IMG/VR virus record: IMGVR_UViG_3300046028_008994
Direction: 5' to 3' (one strand)
Source: a virus
DNA: 64,000 nt
Position numbers and translations under genes: made by a program. Below, one piece after another: positions 35,782-45,664 of this stretch. Positions within the stretch are counted from its first letter, which is position 1. Every line of letters begins with the position of its first letter. A model generated the notes under the pieces. It saw only the letters and a program-made list of their open reading frames with translations, ran no database searches and was not told where the DNA came from.

Positions 35782-37005
35782 ATGGCAAACATCCCTATTT
35801 GGCCCGGTTCAAGCTCATTTGCTTCAGTATATAATTCATTTTATATCAGTGGAACATTACCATCACCCACACCATTTGGTTTTTATGATACTGATCCTCA
35901 ATTTCAGACAGATGCTGATAAAGTATCTAATTTTTGTGCATTACGTTTAGGATATCCTATTGAAAATATTGAATTACAAGATATTAATTTTTGGGCTGGA
36001 TTTGAAGAAGCTACAACAATTTATGGTAATGAATTATATGCATTTCAAACAAGAGATAATTATTTAAGTTTTGAAGGTGCTTCAACTAATACAAATGTAA
36101 ACAATTCATTAATAACACCTTCATTTGAAACTATTGTTAGATTATCTCAACAATATGGTGAAGAAGCTGGTGTTGGAGGTAATGTAACTTATTATAAAGG
36201 ATTATTACCATTAGTAGCAGGTCAACAAAGATATGATTTAAAACAATGGGCTACAAATGAAGGTATTACTGGAGGTATTGAGATTAAAAGAGTATTTTTC
36301 CAACCACCACCAGCAATTAATCAATTATATTCACCAATGTTAGGTACTGGTCCTGGTGGTTTAGGAGGTGTTCCTGCTGCTGGTATTTACGGTATAGGAT
36401 ATGGTTATACAAACTATATGATGATGCCTACTAGTTTTACTATGGCTAATATTAACGCAATTGAAATGCAAAATACAGTAACATTATCTAATTATACTTT
36501 TGAATTAGTAAATAATATAATAAGTGTATTTCCTATTCCTGGAACAGGTTTACAAGATGGTTTTGGTGGAGAGCTTGAAGGGTTTAATAACTATTATTTA
36601 TCATTTGAATATATTAAATTAGAAGATAGAATTAATTCTGCTTATTCTAATGGTAATAATTTAATTACAAATACTTCAAATGTACCTTATATTAATCCTG
36701 TTTATACTCAAATAAATTCAATAGGTAGAAGTTGGATTTTTGAATATACTTTAGCATTAGCTAAAGAAATGTTAGGATATGTTAGAGGAAAATATTCAAC
36801 AATCCCAATTCCAGGTGATTCTGTAACATTAAACCAACAAGATTTATTATCATCAGCTACTGCAACTAAAGAAGCATTAATAACAAGATTAAGAGATTAT
36901 TTTGATCAAACTTCACGTCAAGCATTATTAGAGAGAAGAGCAGCAGAATCATTAGCTCGTGTAAATGAAATTAATCAAGTACCAATGACAATTTTTATAG
37001 GATAA
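35782..37005 (+). CDS. gp13: neck/adaptor protein (T4 gp13-like)
   Basis: LRLGYPIENIEL, WIFEYTLALAKEMLG..RGKY..IPIPG..VTLN. Confidence 0.85.
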   Translation: MANIPIWPGSSSFASVYNSFYISGTLPSPTPFGFYDTDPQFQTDADKVSNFCALRLGYPIENIELQDINFWAGFEEATTIYGNELYAFQTRDNYLSFEGASTNTNVNNSLITPSFETIVRLSQQYGEEAGVGGNVTYYKGLLPLVAGQQRYDLKQWATNEGITGGIEIKRVFFQPPPAINQLYSPMLGTGPGGLGGVPAAGIYGIGYGYTNYMMMPTSFTMANINAIEMQNTVTLSNYTFELVNNIISVFPIPGTGLQDGFGGELEGFNNYYLSFEYIKLEDRINSAYSNGNNLITNTSNVPYINPVYTQINSIGRSWIFEYTLALAKEMLGYVRGKYSTIPIPGDSVTLNQQDLLSSATATKEALITRLRDYFDQTSRQALLERRAAESLARVNEINQVPMTIFIG

Positions 37006-37006
37006 T

Positions 37007-37564
37007 ATGGCATTATACGGTGAAGCAAGAGACATAAGTCTATTCAGACGAATCAATCGTGAATTGATGGGTAATATTATTTCTCAACAAGTAATATTTT
37101 ACAAATATAATGTAACTACTACAAAATCAAACATGTATGGAGAATCAGTAGAAGGAAGAAATTTTGCTGAACCTGTTATATTATTTGCTTTAATAGAATT
37201 AGGAACTCCTGAATCACCAGTAAATGAATTAGGTGTAGACTTTACATGGCCTATTACTTTTAGATTTTTACGTGATGATTTAATAGGTAAGAATCCTGAT
37301 TTTAATTCTGGTAGTTTATATGGTGCTGATTTACAACCAGTAGTAGGAGATGTAATAGCTTATCAAAACGGATATTGGGAAATAGATAATACATACAATA
37401 CACAATATGTTATGGGTAAAAATCCAGAATATCCTTATTATGATGCTAATGGAGATAATCCATTAAATGCAGGCCTAGAAAATTTCGGATACAGTGTTGA
37501 AGTAAGATGTGATTGTCATTACGTTCCTTCAGACAGATTAAATATTATTAAATCAAGAATGTAA
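37007..37564 (+). CDS. gp14: head completion/neck protein (T4 gp14-like)
   Basis: NMYGES, PVVGDVI...YWEI; synteny after gp13. Confidence 0.7.
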   Translation: MALYGEARDISLFRRINRELMGNIISQQVIFYKYNVTTTKSNMYGESVEGRNFAEPVILFALIELGTPESPVNELGVDFTWPITFRFLRDDLIGKNPDFNSGSLYGADLQPVVGDVIAYQNGYWEIDNTYNTQYVMGKNPEYPYYDANGDNPLNAGLENFGYSVEVRCDCHYVPSDRLNIIKSRM

Positions 37565-38748
37565 TGGCTAAAGTAAGAAAACCAATACCACCTACCCAAA
37601 GAGAACTTAGTTTAAAGCAACATACTGCTTTTGATCAAGAACAAGGTAATCCTAATTCATTTGTTGAGGATGGAAAAACAAATAGATCTTTAAATTTATC
37701 ATTTAAAGACGATAATACAAAACCATTTTCTGTTGGTATTAAAGATATTGACGAGGCCATATTTTATTACTTTCAAAATATAATTAAACCTACCGTAATA
37801 CAAAACGGTCAAATATTGCCTGTTCCTGTAGTATATGCTTCTCCTGAAAAAATGAAATCATATCAAAAGGATGGTTATTATAGAGATCAAAACGGTAAAA
37901 TACAAGCACCATTAATTGCATTTAAGCGTGAATCTATTGATAAAAATAGAACAATAGCAAATAAATTAGATGCTAATAATCCTAATAATTTTGGTGTATT
38001 TACTAAAAAATATAATCCAAAAAATGCATACGATAATTTTCATGTATTAAATAACAGAGTACCAGTTAAAACACATTACGCTGTAGTAATGCCTGATTAT
38101 TTAACAATTACTTATTCATTTACAGTTTTTACTTATTATGTAGAACAATTAAATAAAATAATAGAAGCAATTGAATATGCATCTGATGCTTATTGGGGTG
38201 ATCCTCAATTATTCCAATTCAGAGCAATGATTGATTCTTTTAATTTTCAAACAGAATTAAATACAAGTGATGAAAGATTGGTTCGTAGTACATTTACTGT
38301 AAAATTAAATGGATATATAGTTCCTGAAGTAATACAAAGAGATTTAAATGCTGTTAAAAAATTTAATGATAAAGCAAAAATATTATTAGCAATAGAAACC
38401 GATGTTTCATTTAAAGACCCAGCAAGTTTATCAAATGTAACAAAATCACCTAAAAAAGTAACTTTTGCTCCTAGTGCTGCTCCATCAATACCTTCAATAT
38501 TAATATCAACATCTGATTTTTCGTCAGATAAATTAACAGCTAATACTGGAGAATTAATTACATTTACTGATTTAACAACCAATGCACCAACTGCTTGGAT
38601 GTGGATGTTTGGAGACGGAACATCATCATCGTTACAAAACCCAACTAAAATTTATTCTACCTCAGGTACTTATTCAGTTACATTAATATCTGGAAGAAAT
38701 AATTCAAGTGGTATTGTAACAAAAACAAATTATATAACGATATTATAA
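37564..38748 (+). CDS. gp15: tail terminator/sheath stabiliser (T4 gp15-like) with C-terminal PKD domain
   Basis: VPVVYASPEK, QLNKIIEAI; TFTDLT...WMWMFGDG...QNPTKIY...GTYSVTL PKD motif. Confidence 0.75.
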   Translation: MAKVRKPIPPTQRELSLKQHTAFDQEQGNPNSFVEDGKTNRSLNLSFKDDNTKPFSVGIKDIDEAIFYYFQNIIKPTVIQNGQILPVPVVYASPEKMKSYQKDGYYRDQNGKIQAPLIAFKRESIDKNRTIANKLDANNPNNFGVFTKKYNPKNAYDNFHVLNNRVPVKTHYAVVMPDYLTITYSFTVFTYYVEQLNKIIEAIEYASDAYWGDPQLFQFRAMIDSFNFQTELNTSDERLVRSTFTVKLNGYIVPEVIQRDLNAVKKFNDKAKILLAIETDVSFKDPASLSNVTKSPKKVTFAPSAAPSIPSILISTSDFSSDKLTANTGELITFTDLTTNAPTAWMWMFGDGTSSSLQNPTKIYSTSGTYSVTLISGRNNSSGIVTKTNYITIL

Positions 38749-38753
38749 ATTTT

Positions 38754-38763
38754 AATATTTATA
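38754..38763 (+). promoter_or_regulatory. late-gene motif AATATTTATA
   Basis: Before the fibre gene at 38777. Confidence 0.7.
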
Positions 38764-38776
38764 ACAAACAACATTA

Positions 38777-40387
38777 ATGGCAAAGATTAGATTTTTAGAT
38801 AATGTACCTATTGGAGTATTTGCAACAAATCCAAATGGCGGTGGTATATCAAATAGTGGTTCCTTTACCGGTTCATTTAGTGGATCATTTACCGGTTCAT
38901 TACAAGGGACAGCTAGTTGGGCCGAAAACTCAGTATCAGCATCATATTTTTCAGGAAGTATATCAAATGCAGTAAGCTCATCTTATGCTTTAAGTTCATC
39001 ATTTGCATTAACTGCATCATTTGCCTTAAATGCAGGAACAACTATAAACACAGGTTCATTTGTAACTACAAGTAGTTTTAATAATTTTACTTCATCTTAT
39101 AATACTGGATCATTCACAGGTTCATTTACAGGTAGTTTATCAGGAACAGCAAGTTTTTCTGTAAGTTCATCTCAATCAATAAGCTCATCTTACACTTTAA
39201 GTTCAAGTTTTGCTCTTAGTTCTTCATTTGCTATAAGTTCATCAAGAGCTGTAAGTTCATCTTTTAGTATTAGTAGTTCATATGCTGTAAGTTCATCATA
39301 CGCTTTAAGCGCTTCATTTGCTCCTACAAACACTACAGGTTCATTCACAGGTAGTTTTACAGGCTCATTACTTGGGACAGCATCATACGCTTCTAACGCT
39401 TTAAGTTCTTCATTTGCATTAACAGCTTCTTTTGCTCTTAATGCAGGAACAACTATAAATACTAGCTCATTTGTAACAACTTCTAGTTTTAATGCTTTTA
39501 CAAGCTCTTATAACACAGGATCATTTACAGGTTCATTTAATGGAATAGCAACAACAGCATCAAATACAATATTACAAAATCTAATTTTAACTAATCAAAC
39601 AGTTGGTGCTTTAACATCAGGAACAACATTACCTACAGGAACAGGATTAGAGAGTATATTAAGAACAATGCTTGTTACATATATTCCTCCTACTTTATCA
39701 TCTTTAGTAATGAGAAATGGAGGATCTAATATATCAACTGCTGCTAGAGATGTAGGAGATTCATTTACAGTAAATACAGCTTCATTTTCAGCAGCAGCTG
39801 ATAACCCAACAAGTATATTTCCTATAAGCTCATCATGGACAGGATCAGGAGCTGATATAGGAACACAAACATTTTATTTTGGAGATAATGTATTATCATC
39901 ATCTAATGTAAGAAGTATTGGAGGTAGTTATACAATTAATAGAGCTACTACAAACGGTACAGTTACTTTTACTGTAAATGGTAGACGGTCAGATACAGGA
40001 GCAGCTATTACAGGTACTACTACTTCAATATCATTTCAATGGAGAAATTATCTATCAGCATCACCAACCACCCCAACAGATAATGCTACAGCACAAACAG
40101 TAGTAAATGCTTCAGTTACTTCTACTTTAGATACAGATAGAGCATGGACTGCAACTTGTACAGCAGCTAATAATATATTAGGAAATTTTACTTATGTAAT
40201 ATATCCTGCTTCTTATGGAAACTTATCAAATATAATTCAAAATGGAGCATTATCTGTTTTAACAGCATTTACCAATTTAGGAGATTTTACTGTAACAAAT
40301 GCATTCGGTGCTTCCATTTTAGTAAGAATATATAAATCAAATTCAGACAAAGCTTTCGCAAGCGGAACAACACTAGCAATATCATAA
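38777..40387 (+). CDS. Ser/Thr-rich repeat fibre protein 1
   Basis: TGSFTGSFTGSL.GTASYA..ALSSSFA repeats plus globular C-terminal domain. Confidence 0.7.
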   Translation: MAKIRFLDNVPIGVFATNPNGGGISNSGSFTGSFSGSFTGSLQGTASWAENSVSASYFSGSISNAVSSSYALSSSFALTASFALNAGTTINTGSFVTTSSFNNFTSSYNTGSFTGSFTGSLSGTASFSVSSSQSISSSYTLSSSFALSSSFAISSSRAVSSSFSISSSYAVSSSYALSASFAPTNTTGSFTGSFTGSLLGTASYASNALSSSFALTASFALNAGTTINTSSFVTTSSFNAFTSSYNTGSFTGSFNGIATTASNTILQNLILTNQTVGALTSGTTLPTGTGLESILRTMLVTYIPPTLSSLVMRNGGSNISTAARDVGDSFTVNTASFSAAADNPTSIFPISSSWTGSGADIGTQTFYFGDNVLSSSNVRSIGGSYTINRATTNGTVTFTVNGRRSDTGAAITGTTTSISFQWRNYLSASPTTPTDNATAQTVVNASVTSTLDTDRAWTATCTAANNILGNFTYVIYPASYGNLSNIIQNGALSVLTAFTNLGDFTVTNAFGASILVRIYKSNSDKAFASGTTLAIS

Positions 40388-40391
40388 CAAA

Positions 40392-43300
40392 ATGCCAATT
40401 TTTTACCCTGACATATTAGAACATAATAATCCCGATAGGGCTTTAGTTGATATAACTCAATTAAGAGGAAATAGTTACCCTTTAGGATCACTATCAGAAA
40501 CAGGTTCAATTCCTGATAATAAAAGAAAACTAGGAGCTATTATATTTGTATCTTCTTCACAAGAATTTTATGGTTTTTATGGTCAAACAACAGGATCATT
40601 AGATTGGGATAGTACATCAAATTGGAGAACCCTATCAACATTTTCCGGTTCTTACACAGGATCATTTTCCGGTTCTTTTATAGGAAATTTAACAGGTACA
40701 TCTTCTTATTCTACAAACGCTTTAAGTTCATCATTTGCATTAACAGCATCATTTGCCTTAAATGCAGGAACAACTATAAGCACAGGTTCATTCGTAACAA
40801 CTTCAAGCTTTAATTCATTTACTTCAAGTTATAACACAGGATCATTCACTGGTAGTTTTACCGGCTCATTACTTGGTACTTCAAGTTTTTCTATAAGTTC
40901 ATCTCAATCAATAAGTTCATCATTTGCATCAACCTCTTCATTACCATTACGTGGAATAATAACAGCTTCAGCAAATAATACAACCCTAACATTTACACGA
41001 GGAGATAACACTACATTTGATGTAACCGTTTCACAGTCTGGATCTGTATCAACAGCATCTTATGCTTTATTTGCAGAACAAGCTTTAAGTTCTTCATTTG
41101 CTTCAACTGCTTCATTTGCTCCAAGTTATACTCTATTAACAACATTTAATAATTTTACTAGTTCTTTTAGAACTGGATCTTATACAGGATCATTTACAGG
41201 TAGTTTATTAGGTACAGCAAGTTACGCAAATCAAGCCTTAAGTTCTTCATTTGCATCAACCTCTTTAATAGCAACTAGTTCATCATTTGCTTCAACAGCA
41301 TCTTATTTAAATACATTAAATCAAGATTTAACATTTAACGGTAATTTAACACTAAACGGAACAGCAAGTATAACTTATTTAAATATAAGTTATGAATCTG
41401 CTTCAGTAATATATTCATCAGGATCAAACCAATTTGGTGATGCAACTGATGATACACAAACCTTAATAGGAAGAACTATTGTAAGTGGTAGTTTTGAAGT
41501 AACAGGTAGTACTAATATTCCTTCAATAACAGGCTCATTATTAGGAACAGCATCATATGCTAATAATGCTTTAAGTTCATCTTATGCAACAACATCATCT
41601 TATGTGCTAAATGCTATAAGTGCAAGTTATGCATCTAGTTCAACAAGTGCGTCTTATGCGGCGACTGCTTCTTTCGTAACAACAGCTCAAACTGCATCTT
41701 ATGTATTACAAGCAGTAAGTAGTTCATTTGCTTCTACAGCCTCAAGAGCAACTAGTGCTTCATATGCTGCTACTGCTTCAATAGCAACAAGTTCATCTTA
41801 TACTTTAAGTTCATCATATGCCTTAAGTGCATCATTTGCTCCAATAAATACTACAGGTTCATTTACTGGATCGTTTACAGGAAGTTTATTAGGAACAGCT
41901 TCCTATTCTACAAATGCTTTAAGTTCTTCATTTGCATTAACTGCATCTTTTGCTCTTAATGCAGGAACAACTATTAACACAAGTTCATTTGTAACAACTT
42001 CAAGTTTTAATGCTTTTACAAGCTCATACAATACAGGTTCATTCACAGGATCCTTTACAGGTTCATTTTTAGGAACGTCATCATTTGCATTAAGTTCCTC
42101 AAGAGCTATAAGTTCATCATTTGCTACTACTTCATCATTTGCTGTTAGTAGTTCATATGCTCTTAGTGCATCATTTGCTCCAACTAACACTACAGGTTCA
42201 TTCACAGGCAGTTTTACAGGTTCATTGTTAGGAACAGCCTCTTATGCTAATAATGCTTTAAGTTCTTCTTTTGCAACAACTGCATCATTACCACTACGTG
42301 GTGTGATAACAGCTTCAGCTGCTAATACAACCATAACATTTACACGAGGAGATAACACTACATTTGATGTTACTGTATCTCAATCCGGATCTGTAGCAAC
42401 AGCATCTTATGCTTTATTTGCAGAACAAGCAAGATCATCTTCATATGCAGCAACAGCATCAGTATTATTAGGAAGTGTTGTTAGTTCAAGTTACGCTGCA
42501 ACAGCATCTATTGCTACAAGTGCTTCTTATGCTTTAAGTGCATCATTTGCTCCAACAAATACAACAGGCTCATTTACAGGCTCATTTACAGGTTCGTTTT
42601 TAGGAACTGCCTCTTATGCTACAAATGCTTTAAGTGCATCTTATGCTTTAAATGGTGGTGTAACTCAATTATTAGCAGGTCCTAATATTGTTTTATCACC
42701 AATAAGTGGTTTAGGACAGGTTACAATAACAGCTAATTTAAGTGGAAGTACTTCATTTAATACATCTACCGGTTCTTATGGTAGTTTTTACTCTACACAA
42801 ACACAGACAAATGTAGCAGGAACAGCTAGATCAATGTCTTTGAATGTGACTGACATTACTAATGGAGTGTCTATTTCAGGATCAACAAACCCCTTCAATA
42901 CCTATATTAAAGTACAAAACCCAGGAGTTTATGACATACAATTCTCAGCACAAGTAGATAAAACAGACAGTGGAACAGATGAGATATGGATATGGATTAG
43001 AAAAAATGGAACTGACATAAGTGATTCTGCTACATCTGTAGAATTACAAGGTAATGGTGCTCACTATGTCGCAGCATGGAATTTCTTTGTTAATGCTGCT
43101 GCAAATGACTACTTTCAATTAATGTGGTATTCACCTGATGCTAACGTACGATTACATGCAGAATCAGCATTTGGAGTAGTACCAGGCATACCTTCACTTA
43201 TTGTAACAGCAAATAGAGTAGATCAATTTTTATCAAACACAGGTTCATTTAGTGGTTCATTTAACGGTAATTTTACAGGTTCATTATTAGGTACAGCTTC

Positions 43301-44459
43301 TAATGCAATAAGTTCTTCTTATACATTAACTGCATCTATTGCTACTAGTGCGTCTTATGCTGCGACTGCTTCGTATGTAGTTAATGCTTTAACAGCATCA
43401 TATGTAGTAACTGCTCAAACAGCATCTTACGTACTAAACGCTGTTAGTTCATCATTTGCTTCAACAGCCTCTATAGCGACAAGTTCATCATTTGCTTTAA
43501 CAGCATCATTTGCTCCAACAAATACAACTGGATCATTTACAGGTTCATTTACTGGAAGTTTATTAGGTACTGCTTCTTATGCTACAAATGCTTTAAGTTC
43601 TTCATTTGCAACCACCTCATCTTTTAGTATAAGTTCTTCATTTGCAACATCTGCTTCATTTGCTCCAACAAACACTACAGGATCATTTACAGGTAGTTTT
43701 ACAGGTAGTTTATTAGGAACAGCTAGTTGGGCATCAAATGCTTTACAAGCAATTAGTTCATCATTTGCATCAACTGCTTCAATATCAACTAGTTCATCAT
43801 ATGCCTTAAGTAGTTCATATGCATTAAGTTCATCATTTGCTATTAGTAGTTCATATGCCTTAAGTGCATCATTTTCTCCAACAAACACAACAGGGTCTTT
43901 TACAGGCTCATTTACAGGCAGTTTATTAGGAACAGCCTCTTATGCTAATAATGCTTTAAGTTCTTCATTTGCTTTAACTGCTTCCTTTGCACCTGCTTAT
44001 ACAACTTTAACAGCGTTTAACAGTTTCACTGGATCATTTAGAACAGGATCATTTACAGGATCGTTTACAGGAAGTGTTTTAGGAACTTCATCGTTTGCTA
44101 CTCAAGCATTAAGTTCTTCATTTGCTTTAACATCCTCTATAGCAACAAGTTCTTCATTTGCTTTAAGTTCTTCATTTGCTTTAACAGCATCTTATGCTTT
44201 AAATGCAGGATCAGGAGGATTAACAACAAAATCAGGTAACGTAGCAAATACATCATTTACAGGAAATCCTAAAAGAGCAACTGTTACTTTTTCAACACCA
44301 TTTACAAACAATAATTATGCTATAACAATAACAGGAGAGGATTCAAGAACTTGGACTATAGATAGTAAAGTATCAGGAAGTTTTATAATAGATACAAACA
44401 GTAGTACTAATTTAGCTGGGACTACTTATTGGATTTCTGTAGCTTATGGTGAAAGTTAA
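40392..44459 (+). CDS. Ser/Thr-rich repeat fibre protein 2 (1355 aa) with internal C1q/TNF-like beta domain
   Basis: Same repeats in many copies; YGSFYS...GVYDIQFSAQ...WIRKNG domain. Confidence 0.7.
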   Translation: MPIFYPDILEHNNPDRALVDITQLRGNSYPLGSLSETGSIPDNKRKLGAIIFVSSSQEFYGFYGQTTGSLDWDSTSNWRTLSTFSGSYTGSFSGSFIGNLTGTSSYSTNALSSSFALTASFALNAGTTISTGSFVTTSSFNSFTSSYNTGSFTGSFTGSLLGTSSFSISSSQSISSSFASTSSLPLRGIITASANNTTLTFTRGDNTTFDVTVSQSGSVSTASYALFAEQALSSSFASTASFAPSYTLLTTFNNFTSSFRTGSYTGSFTGSLLGTASYANQALSSSFASTSLIATSSSFASTASYLNTLNQDLTFNGNLTLNGTASITYLNISYESASVIYSSGSNQFGDATDDTQTLIGRTIVSGSFEVTGSTNIPSITGSLLGTASYANNALSSSYATTSSYVLNAISASYASSSTSASYAATASFVTTAQTASYVLQAVSSSFASTASRATSASYAATASIATSSSYTLSSSYALSASFAPINTTGSFTGSFTGSLLGTASYSTNALSSSFALTASFALNAGTTINTSSFVTTSSFNAFTSSYNTGSFTGSFTGSFLGTSSFALSSSRAISSSFATTSSFAVSSSYALSASFAPTNTTGSFTGSFTGSLLGTASYANNALSSSFATTASLPLRGVITASAANTTITFTRGDNTTFDVTVSQSGSVATASYALFAEQARSSSYAATASVLLGSVVSSSYAATASIATSASYALSASFAPTNTTGSFTGSFTGSFLGTASYATNALSASYALNGGVTQLLAGPNIVLSPISGLGQVTITANLSGSTSFNTSTGSYGSFYSTQTQTNVAGTARSMSLNVTDITNGVSISGSTNPFNTYIKVQNPGVYDIQFSAQVDKTDSGTDEIWIWIRKNGTDISDSATSVELQGNGAHYVAAWNFFVNAAANDYFQLMWYSPDANVRLHAESAFGVVPGIPSLIVTANRVDQFLSNTGSFSGSFNGNFTGSLLGTASNAISSSYTLTASIATSASYAATASYVVNALTASYVVTAQTASYVLNAVSSSFASTASIATSSSFALTASFAPTNTTGSFTGSFTGSLLGTASYATNALSSSFATTSSFSISSSFATSASFAPTNTTGSFTGSFTGSLLGTASWASNALQAISSSFASTASISTSSSYALSSSYALSSSFAISSSYALSASFSPTNTTGSFTGSFTGSLLGTASYANNALSSSFALTASFAPAYTTLTAFNSFTGSFRTGSFTGSFTGSVLGTSSFATQALSSSFALTSSIATSSSFALSSSFALTASYALNAGSGGLTTKSGNVANTSFTGNPKRATVTFSTPFTNNNYAITITGEDSRTWTIDSKVSGSFIIDTNSSTNLAGTTYWISVAYGES

Positions 44460-44481
44460 TAAATAAAGTTATAAATAAAGT

Positions 44482-45645
44482 ATGATAAAAATAAACTCAA
44501 ATTCTCTTAATTTAAAAGGAGGAAAAACATTAGTTGGTGATTTTGAATATGAATTTGGTAATACATCATTTACATTTAATGGTCAGGTTCGAACAATAAT
44601 CCAACAATCAGACGGAAAATTAGTAGTTGGAGGAGATTTCACAACATACTCTGGTTCTGCTAATGATTACATTGTTAGAATAAATCCTGATGGAACTAAG
44701 GATACAACTTTTAATATAGGAAATGGTTTTAATAACTTTGTTTTATCAATAATTCAACAATCTGATGGCAAGTTATTAGTTGGAGGAGATTTCACAACAT
44801 ATTCTGGTTCTGCTAATAACAGAATAGTTCGAATAAATACTGATGGAACTAAGGATGCAACTTTTAATATGGGAACAGGTTTTAATGGTATTGTTCGAAC
44901 AATAATCCAACAATCTGTTGACAAGTTAGTAGTTGTAGGAAATTTCACAACATACTCTGGTTTTACTAATAACAGAATAGTTAGACTAAATACTGATGGA
45001 ACTAAGGATGCAACTTTTAATATGGGAACAGGTTTTGATGTTTTAGTTTTATCAATAATCCAACAATCAGACGGAAAATTAGTAGTTGGAGGAGATTTCA
45101 TAACATACTCTGGTTTTGCTAATAACTACATTGTTAGAATAAATTCTGATGGAACTAAGGATACAACTTTTAATATAGGAACAGGTTTTAATGGTTTTGT
45201 TCGAACAGTAATTCAACAATCTGATGGCAAGTTATTAGTTGGAGGAGATTTCACAACATATTCTGGTTCTGCTAATAACAGAATAGTTCGAATAAATACT
45301 GATGGAACTAAGGATACAACTTTTAATATGGGAACAGGTTTTGATGCTTCTATTATTCCAATAATCCAACAACCAGACGGAAAATTATTAGTTGGAGGAA
45401 ATTTCACAACATACTCTGGTTCAGCTAATAACAGAATAGTTAGACTAAATTCTGATGGAACTAAGGATGCAACTTTTAATATAGGAACAGGTTTTAATGA
45501 CATTGTTATTCCAATAATCCAACAATCTAATGGCAAGTTTTTAATTGGAGGAAATTTCACAACATACTCTGGTTCTGTTGCTGAGCGTATGGTTCTTATT
45601 AATCCTGATGGAACTACGGGTGGTCAAACTAGAAGAATTAATTAA
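44482..45645 (+). CDS. seven-repeat beta-propeller (delta-60 repeat type), putative adhesin
   Basis: 7 x 51-aa repeats IIQQSDGKL.VGGDFTTYSG...IVRINxDGTKDxTFN. Confidence 0.85.
   Translation: MIKINSNSLNLKGGKTLVGDFEYEFGNTSFTFNGQVRTIIQQSDGKLVVGGDFTTYSGSANDYIVRINPDGTKDTTFNIGNGFNNFVLSIIQQSDGKLLVGGDFTTYSGSANNRIVRINTDGTKDATFNMGTGFNGIVRTIIQQSVDKLVVVGNFTTYSGFTNNRIVRLNTDGTKDATFNMGTGFDVLVLSIIQQSDGKLVVGGDFITYSGFANNYIVRINSDGTKDTTFNIGTGFNGFVRTVIQQSDGKLLVGGDFTTYSGSANNRIVRINTDGTKDTTFNMGTGFDASIIPIIQQPDGKLLVGGNFTTYSGSANNRIVRLNSDGTKDATFNIGTGFNDIVIPIIQQSNGKFLIGGNFTTYSGSVAERMVLINPDGTTGGQTRRIN
44575..45615 (+). repeat. 153-bp tandem coding repeat x7
   Basis: Near-identical units; 44751-44856 is identical to 45210-45315. 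Confidence 0.85.
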
Positions 45646-45647
45646 CT

Positions 45648-45657
45648 AATATTTATA
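45648..45657 (+). promoter_or_regulatory. late-gene motif AATATTTATA
   Basis: Before ATG 45665. Confidence 0.7.
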
Positions 45658-45664
45658 ATAAACA

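Noticed and set aside
40622-40813. Small alternative-frame + strand ORFs (40622-40813, 62727-62924)
   Set aside because: They are nested within long genes, with no supporting signals or recognisable motifs.
44575-45615. Diversity-generating retroelement template/variable repeat pair
   Set aside because: Copies are tandem blades within one ORF, differences are not confined to adenines, and there is no reverse transcriptase in the window.
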